From IMG/VR virus record IMGVR_UViG_3300015203_000001, positions 1-64,000 of that record: DNA of 64,000 bases, one strand, 5' to 3'. Each line of letters opens with the position of its first letter. Position 1 is the stretch's first letter. The notes under the pieces are model-generated. The model was not told the origin of the DNA. It was given only the letters and a program-made list of their open reading frames with translations, and did not search any database. Both the position numbers and the translations under genes were made by a program. Below, one piece after another: positions 61,201-64,000 of the stretch. The stretch comes from a virus.

Positions 61201-61975
61201 TAAAATTATTTTGAGCTTCAAATCTAGCCTCTGAATATCTAGCTAAACTGGCATATACAGTAGCAGCCCCCTTCATTCCCTTAGCTAAATCTAATCCTCC
61301 CATTACAACTTCTGCTGCATTCTTAGCTCCCCATAAATTCTTAATATTCTTAGCTAAATTAGCTGCTGCAACTGCTGTACCTGTACCTCCAGTACTAGCC
61401 TCTATTAATGCTGTAGTACCTAATGCTGCTAATCCAGTTCCTACTAATGTACCTAATTGTGGTAACATTTCATTAGCCCACCATCCTACATCTCCTGGAC
61501 TAAAACTACCTTTATCTTTCTCAAATATTTGATTATTCTTAGCTACATTAGTACTCCAATTCATTAAATCTTTAGTATGCACACCCATAAATGATGAATC
61601 AAAATCATCATCACTACCAGTAATAAAGCCTTTAGCTGTATTAGCTGCACCTACTAAATCAAAGGTACTAAGTAGAGATTGCCCAAATGAGGATGCTAGA
61701 TTAGCTCCTCCAACTAATAATCCTCTACCTACTTTACTCCAATTAGATTGAGCTTTAGCTGATAATTCATCTACTCCTGTAGTAAATGGAGTAGGATTCT
61801 TTATATATTCATAATAAGGATTAGAAGGATCAAATTGGTAGTTTGATGTAGTTGAAGAAGCAGTATTTCTTGATTGTGGAGCAATAGGAGCTACTGCAAT
61901 ATTATCTGCAATACTATCTAACAAGTCTGGAACTTGTATTGGAGTTTGTGATTGACCTCTTTTTGAAGTAGACAT
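49265..61975 (-). CDS. giant virion protein (4236 aa) containing a two-DPBB RNA polymerase module (crAss-like vRNAP)
   Basis: GFRIPTTGLGSGSSIEIAGFLPAQQGDLMILPSIYTKIKGLDFDVDKEN parallels beta-prime NRAPTLHRLGIQAFEP...HPL...NADFDGD. The upstream KLKFHGNSFVAGS resembles the beta-subunit RHGNKGV. The N-terminus has Gly/Ala-rich hydrophobic segments. Confidence 0.8.
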   Translation of the reverse strand: MSTSKRGQSQTPIQVPDLLDSIADNIAVAPIAPQSRNTASSTTSNYQFDPSNPYYEYIKNPTPFTTGVDELSAKAQSNWSKVGRGLLVGGANLASSFGQSLLSTFDLVGAANTAKGFITGSDDDFDSSFMGVHTKDLMNWSTNVAKNNQIFEKDKGSFSPGDVGWWANEMLPQLGTLVGTGLAALGTTALIEASTGGTGTAVAAANLAKNIKNLWGAKNAAEVVMGGLDLAKGMKGAATVYASLARYSEARFEAQNNFKNTYEKLSNSKHPDGTPFTEEEKQHLASAGARVDFGLTLAQLPLDILAFRAMVFNPIAGVAEGELEKGLEHLAGAFGESKLGKAAGWATTKGLGSGIEAIEAGGIPIFQNEGEHHAMVLGGLEKDDTNVLERVSKDIQSPEFANMVASGFLGSLLIGPAMKATQDFVNKNKIAAFNERYDDYLKNVVTMHDSTINGLKELDKQGKTDDAFAVRRNFFTSKLLDGLQLDSQANKGDIANSHLNFLKSTLDQVNSGNYDNIKDLYGDVKPEQVEQVKREFQTYIDDANRIKDSYTKVASRHTRNFVPLITRQHYNLNTWLDEQGKNELNINQIRPTLDQYTLLSPVGKEKYDTEYELYAHQVQIERLKEQYAQTEDAYEKENINKLIDENQTKATKIKNRLDEIEADDTIDPEVRAKDNDIIRGNIDSKNYLYQKAIIKKAVLNDAISLQRKRLAQWNNPEFIQTQKEKAIKNARTNEQIQSVLDNTTKKIAKDKQDALKAKDIADGIKNEAQQQNQAVQETNEIVNPEQQQTEEIEQPKNNPEVLKGFNTVQQLVAKVVLPMTKSTSTVPQNSELKRIDLPNEQHRVDTAATQQLLDYAAEVYKVPKIDASTNPNYISWLQNLGNVGYEVANKLNAPRLAFDLLKGAENQNKQNYETIETRGLVNLQSPIEVNPSTLSDDEKSQLKNAVSDMANELGHGTNFEDLVKGLISNYGDKYVRTAYDTLKLGWQLNNKTADFDDIKKRLLDATPKAIFDQILNKVLLDGKQKDDEIVTVNNNQSEKDTIEKSGNPVEFDNDNQPVLSGKIQYKSKVTNNPNPKIAKSVRSADMLTTLNDDGTVTISYDYTSDELKEGDNINPFKILDYDNYGVGTQLDIRIPENVDSIIIPIYNADGSKGKAVTWGEWKVGKDPKSDEYISKIPIIVYDKGAKEGEKGLGFVHDIGWYHEYRFNEGNPEEMKMAIDNTMAIRKAALANNGKEVIQITENRPTTFDPFKTKVIGKLPDGKPMYEFIPFSEANPEVVFAIAEDTSELTINNKDAFTKDRLGNPNENIILRDIKENPYKIGLSYALYRTGTHSDGRKIWTAMEVSPQPITKEIQTTIFQALKIFINRFHPDFEKLYKKTKDDIQEATKLDITDATDIQRFISLYINDIRLIKATNKQAALNQIKTKSDNRVRKGGVDANGNNRVQPITGFVTFLQGGSGVLFGQHNTTFNYDLSSSIGEPKPGVTRNDTSTRDKLKTVTSILNNILKSQITTPNGKVSILGSHKMNYDIRGSQEDRPIVYIDEQGKVSNAADSYRDYILKNYTTNIRSVNIGTKEKPKYVSSDNMVSYKLSSQKEEQEAQVLTKPEEIKEKVDEVKKELDEIKPQPETDVEVLLRERMNKLKELGLDFNIESIDDLQSPRELNTGERVQVTSELNRIGDLNEIEESEIVSYFTNQMFQAFEDDGGVILKSKVEENTKRIFKEAIEPAIEVYKGEVIFWNNWLNEHPEQKTAGNIPNLVATIIKKIDRINRVKNNIQPLIDKAIAEIEKVNGVDLVRQKEESSDDNDRDINDSTDDEHDNQWADESLTRNPENGVSSAVRIFLKAIPTGKKGVFGLDTYEDSSKIIQVLQPTLADIPCRFDDLLEGIKNKLNEQSWKDRLVTKLSGANQQIKYQFTSLMSMSPLRMKFTMIEYTPAYGNKPAIFKASLWDTGKGGVADAIMKDWVSRFTISDLVFKETDAENNLVLNKKKAQILVDDFSTKFRDSKNYNKIIATNHQMQEWLSKFGIIVSDKTMDDLRAGKFYHNYKKHSWEKLFNETSGLFGILSSKLKSLIDEPEDHSFKKSSDIPINQTIIKTLASLQTKYDTTHIPYGGRDNGKSYFAITARKFVTTRALELKSDISPLRGQLKKISFSRNSMWLNLMDDEDFRSKFDVSHIGFTALDILGNKFKSDKGIDKLGDLDYETASNNMFFDMTKGEVVFKDDKGVVHRDYPGTSIDMRWATMLGPTMSDKHIAIPLTVPVLNFKNKDLGNGQKLSDEVIKLVYTQVVKPELERMSMFHSIVKATNIKGYDEGASLFLMMPSLNTLDYGNGVYLKDAIKNEPDTITIEEIEKNEDLMSRINQAIRDNINSLKEEKLTNWKNNKIVDTNADGTISSINFISTDYIDEPKKFSGSLDEKANMAALDLVTNQMISLANSFMLFAGDPALKFKSDEKEDYIQMAKDTFINIGKRLANQIAPGTSPAESENEKYIQLFIKDRSSIADKAFMKFSTRINDGKEMSDGEYEQLQKGENIDRLKEKYPNSSGFFDIEASDAQEYTTWTEHLNLMEKLGKMPEIIIDITAAEIQEARDLFSSKTTKEQLTDRQQKLIGKIMQPMKPVYTGQQFDEAQDVMRDIYIKSSAFPLIPQLTAGMEIDKLRLKMEALESSDKYKGMGVRASYQSANKVGALKNARTIWDRDGRFIEGSMDNLVIPDSTTTKEENLGASGLILDRKNFRIQQEVPFKSSKQGFDFVSYGTQLMKLLFGNDVMSFDGFNYQGEKRTGEWLHKEYNDLHIKLIQSKKEQLYNELGLDKHGVPVDKDRAIKKLQKLLLKEANNRGLPVQTTKGLDFRKDPDGNIINEFVLPIWSSINSNKFEALMNSIVTNRIAKLKFHGNSFVAGSPEGFKLQADLKGVDQSKIIYTSAWNGSELQAIYDENSSKIVFAGAVPDPKGEKEDEWWVNLKDGTSKQFNTEAELKEYVSKNKLSKVGKISKSQVFVTSKFKDNNGKLINLFEKNEDGSGKYITQSEDKSYHIRPEMFDKELLQLIGFRIPTTGLGSGSSIEIAGFLPAQQGDLMILPSIYTKIKGLDFDVDKENTYAYYHYQNEDGKIEKLSSNHKSRILSKHDADFKNNRLRLESADKLIDSVLKSEEIEDYTDNEIEQQDSLIDAQAKLEDQLTQNKIIEIYQSVYSNPNKKLQAKINSVLNTKFTEDQADIIEKATPKNDTYWTALSGEYQKQKLIGGATGGLGKGAYSMDVTFHAQAQQAKAQGKPLKLIWVDSEGKAHNKIWKFGDIESHFELGSSRTMDVNGKEGDRDISNVLDEVAQTGVDHEKLQIMNRVNLNKYTLDVQKIFNLTGLFKGTDGGSLAMRFMSQPIIREYVNKLSNATSNVGRLSNFENGKAAKERIKNELITKYFVGALEEDYNHNRVSPRMTSVNMLKAIKDSGADGELQAAVLLRFLDMEKYGLAIRAIQTGLNVESKGLDKSYFNVIAKRDALNEMGKGNAKIENVDSLIGDYEDKPQSESGRQKLREDGYYEVGDQMIKPTTLVGAFNVVAVNTAYNLWNKYLPYDSVSMNAIFDEILPLIEQDDSDNITRQIELKQDIFAELKKYLATFEMAGMFGNNETANSLRKELYIDTDENTSLAYYMQQLYDIKGSKNEETKELTEEEKQEKIKIGNVIKYIRTNPLLNKLEYVPSKIGEPSLIKYNNAIGESYDESYLYNSLVSMLEVKKKDKEGNSIDIKLPKIGNKEYTLNTLAQALISYSFLGNAKQEAIQFTKYTSVGYLTEIGYAYTMRVMNDRLPTMKGLDMLGIKANKEDGEKHLVSPFTTQYIQHTPESMVSNKNKFKLDDFNKRFKKQKDGTYIDILAGINPFVSVYDRSVSTKKKIRLYKFDGEKYSEIPILGTFGMDEYSKGSDVGLSILNKTKPRNISPTKALKQNIPLPESLKADIFDVQSGKAINSLQKIVDNQLGSYSALAKELLPYVSKDIDISYNNVTWAGESAFYGSYNIGHNDIRINPDTIGVLKNEQLASVILEEVVHMLTASRIQQYITQNTDGSVDVRNNSPSYVSDIVRLYNDVRSKSDPNILKSIADKKAKDQGLTPEELLHYSVSNIYEFLARSISNKAFQEYLNKDQFKQSGKTRLQVFKEFIFNILRDLGLDLKADSAAVQAIDSIFEFIDKETKKESDIDEFNNYYDEGSNYDLPPFDPDDTGGDVLGTLSPTEEFPNKELDIRNEKCK
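52706..52720 (-). other. DxDxD metal-binding motif (DFDVD, residues 3086-3090)
   Basis: Minus strand gac ttt gat gtg gat; coordinates checked against the ORF frame. Confidence 0.7.
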
Positions 61976-61976
61976 A

Positions 61977-64000
61977 TCATTTTTTATCCGTAAACTTCTT
62001 ATTTAATTGCTCTAATTGATTAATTATATCTGTATCACTATTAAATGTACTACCTATTGGTTTTAATTTATCATCAGTTTTAGGTAGTGTGGCCCATGTA
62101 CCATCTTTCATTTTTAATTTAACCTGATAACCTGCATTATCAGCCATTCTAGTTACCTTAATCTCACTTTGATTATCCCCTAATTTAACTGTCTTATATA
62201 TAGGTGCTGATGTTCCAGTAGGTAAATTACTGCTCTGATTAATCTCTGTTACTGCATCTTTAACTGGATTATAAAAAGAACTATTCATAGTAGTAGCTAA
62301 TGTCTTAACATCTGGTTTCTTAGAACTAGCCCAACTAGATACTAATTTCTCTCTAACTATATCTGCTGTAGGCCCAACTGGTACTATATCTCTATTTGCT
62401 ACTTTTCCATCTTTATCTGTTATCTGTACATGAATAGGTATATTCTTTCCAGCTCCTAATCCAGCACTTGGCCCACTACCTAATATTCGTAGATTATCAC
62501 TATAAGGGTCTAAAGCTCCATTCTGTAAACTTAAATTTAAATCTTCAGCTCCAGTTTGTGGGTCTACAACTTTAAATGCAGCAGGACTACTAGCCATTGA
62601 TCTCCTTAGAAAATCATCTTGTTCATTAGTAGTTTCTATTATAGGTGCTCCATTAGTAGTTTCTTTAGTAGCTTTTATTAATTGATTCTTATATTCATCA
62701 TTTACTGCTGATTGATAATATTGCATTTTATTATAATCAGCTATAGTCTTTTCCCTATTAGCATATTCAGGAGAGTCTATCATCTGCTGATAAAAACTAG
62801 GAGTACTAGCCTTCATACTAGATATATGCTGTAATGCATTATACCTCTTAGTTACTTCATTTGCATTATTGTATAAATCCCTAGCCTCTTTATTTGGTAA
62901 AGCCAAATTCATAGCAGTCTCTTTAGCCTTAGCATCCCTATCTTTAAGTGTGGATTGCTGTGCAGATACTTCAGCCATTCTATTAGCTTCATATTCTGCC
63001 ATATCAGTATCCCCTTGATCTTGATATTGTTTAATTGAATTATGCAATTGCTCAATAGCCTTATCTCCTGTAGATAATGAAGTTTGTAAATTTTTAACTA
63101 TATTATCCTTATCATTAGCTAAATAAGCATAAGGAGTAGCTTCTTTATTACTTAGTACACTAGGTTCACTTACACTCTTAACTACACCTTTCTTTAATCC
63201 TTTTCCATTATTAGCCTTTAAACTAGCAGCTAATCTGATTTCATCCTCCTTATAACCTGCATTTACACCTGCCATATGCTCTGCAAATGCATCTTTAGTT
63301 CCTAATCTACTATCTTCCTTCCCTTGTGTATAATATAGATTACTCCTAGTAGCTGCTATCTGCTGCCCCTGATTAAATAAACTATTATTTCTATATTTAT
63401 TCTTATCTGAAGTAGTTGCTCCACTATATTTAGCTAATGCACTTTGTAGAAATGGAGTTAAATAACTATCTTCATTCCAGTTTATAGCATTTCCACTTTT
63501 ATACTCCTTAATATGACTATCTAATTCAGCTTGCTGTTCTTTAGCTTTTACAGGGTCTCTCTCCTTTAGTAAATTAATCCTATTCTGTTCCTGATCTAAA
63601 AACTGCTGTTGTTGTGGATTAATAGTATTAGGCTTAGTAGTAAATGGACTAGTAATATCCTTATTAATATATCCTATTTGTCTAGCCTGTTGTAAATTAC
63701 CTACTATAGTTGGATCACCCATTATCCTATTCATGGCAGTACTAAGTATCTTATCTTGTGGTATTCCTTTCCATGAATGACTTTCATCATCAAAGTAAGC
63801 TCCCTTACCTATCATTTGAGTAAATTCCTTAGTATTCTCATCCTTAGTTATTTTAGATAGAGTATCATCTAATGTCTTATTTAGGTCTATATTATCCCCT
63901 AATGGATTAGATTTAAATGTATTAATACTTCCATCAGGATTCTTTGTTCCTTTGAAGTTATTAAGAGAGTATTGTTTCCATAATTGAGCTTTCAGTGGAT
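61977..64000 (-). CDS. large virion protein; N-terminus cut by window edge (more than 674 aa)
   Basis: The track lists 61977-63815 from an internal Met. I checked that the frame stays open from 63816 to 64000. The stop lies 1 nt before the ATG of the giant ORF. Confidence 0.7.
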   Translation of the reverse strand, partial: PLKAQLWKQYSLNNFKGTKNPDGSINTFKSNPLGDNIDLNKTLDDTLSKITKDENTKEFTQMIGKGAYFDDESHSWKGIPQDKILSTAMNRIMGDPTIVGNLQQARQIGYINKDITSPFTTKPNTINPQQQQFLDQEQNRINLLKERDPVKAKEQQAELDSHIKEYKSGNAINWNEDSYLTPFLQSALAKYSGATTSDKNKYRNNSLFNQGQQIAATRSNLYYTQGKEDSRLGTKDAFAEHMAGVNAGYKEDEIRLAASLKANNGKGLKKGVVKSVSEPSVLSNKEATPYAYLANDKDNIVKNLQTSLSTGDKAIEQLHNSIKQYQDQGDTDMAEYEANRMAEVSAQQSTLKDRDAKAKETAMNLALPNKEARDLYNNANEVTKRYNALQHISSMKASTPSFYQQMIDSPEYANREKTIADYNKMQYYQSAVNDEYKNQLIKATKETTNGAPIIETTNEQDDFLRRSMASSPAAFKVVDPQTGAEDLNLSLQNGALDPYSDNLRILGSGPSAGLGAGKNIPIHVQITDKDGKVANRDIVPVGPTADIVREKLVSSWASSKKPDVKTLATTMNSSFYNPVKDAVTEINQSSNLPTGTSAPIYKTVKLGDNQSEIKVTRMADNAGYQVKLKMKDGTWATLPKTDDKLKPIGSTFNSDTDIINQLEQLNKKFTDKK

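Noticed and set aside
1-64000. Stop-codon reassignment (TAG or TGA recoding), as known in some crAss-like lineages
   Set aside because: All long genes, including 4236-, 1589-, 764- and 732-codon ORFs, are intact under the standard code. TAA, TAG and TGA are all used as terminators of well-supported genes. The apparent ORF desert at 1-2203 is only a window-edge artefact.
1-64000. tRNA genes, CRISPR arrays, integrase or lysogeny module, reverse transcriptase (DGR or retron)
   Set aside because: I found no GTTCRANYC-type T-loop contexts in the intergenic regions. There are no regularly spaced identical repeats with unique spacers. No recombinase or RT motif strings (such as YxDD) turned up in any ORF. 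This was an eye scan only, so tRNAscan-SE/Infernal should confirm it.

Overview
Strongly AT-rich double-stranded DNA phage sequence with a crAss-like layout and the standard genetic code, since all large ORFs are intact. All family calls come from motifs I recognise by eye, because I could run no searches.

There are three transcriptional blocks:
- **Left arm, 1-11252, minus strand.** It holds a candidate portal (open frame cut by the window edge and missing from the ORF track), the large terminase, a muramidase-type endolysin and about 17 small unknown genes. It is preceded by a Bacteroidota-type TTTG-N20-TAnnTTTG promoter.
- **Central block, 12068-43885, plus strand.** It starts with a roughly 5 kb accessory or early region of small single-gene units separated by hairpins. 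The replication and recombination module follows: Dda/RecD-like helicase, family A DNA polymerase, SF2 helicase, DnaB-like helicase, Sak4-like ATPase, SSB candidate, primase, UDG and RusA. After that come rIIA-like, dNMP kinase, DnaA-domain-IV-like, methyltransferase and envelope proteins.
- **Right arm, 44032-64000, minus strand.** It holds giant virion-type proteins of 1589 aa, 4236 aa and more than 674 aa (the last cut by the window edge). The 4236-aa protein carries a beta-prime-like DPBB segment with DFDVD, the hallmark of crAss-like virion RNA polymerases.

I found no tRNA, rRNA, CRISPR array, integrase or reverse transcriptase.

The most unusual part is the 11.25-14.9 kb control and early region. 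It contains:
- five same-strand copies of a 20-nt box, ACCTCCACCAAT-N3-TGATA;
- seven copies of a TTAAACTAAA leader directly before start codons;
- a TGAACT / CAGTTnnAACTG operator-like site family around the leftward promoter;
- three iteron-like direct repeats;
- long nested inverted repeats that overlap micro-ORFs;
- a perfect DnaA box next to a 27-bp palindrome.
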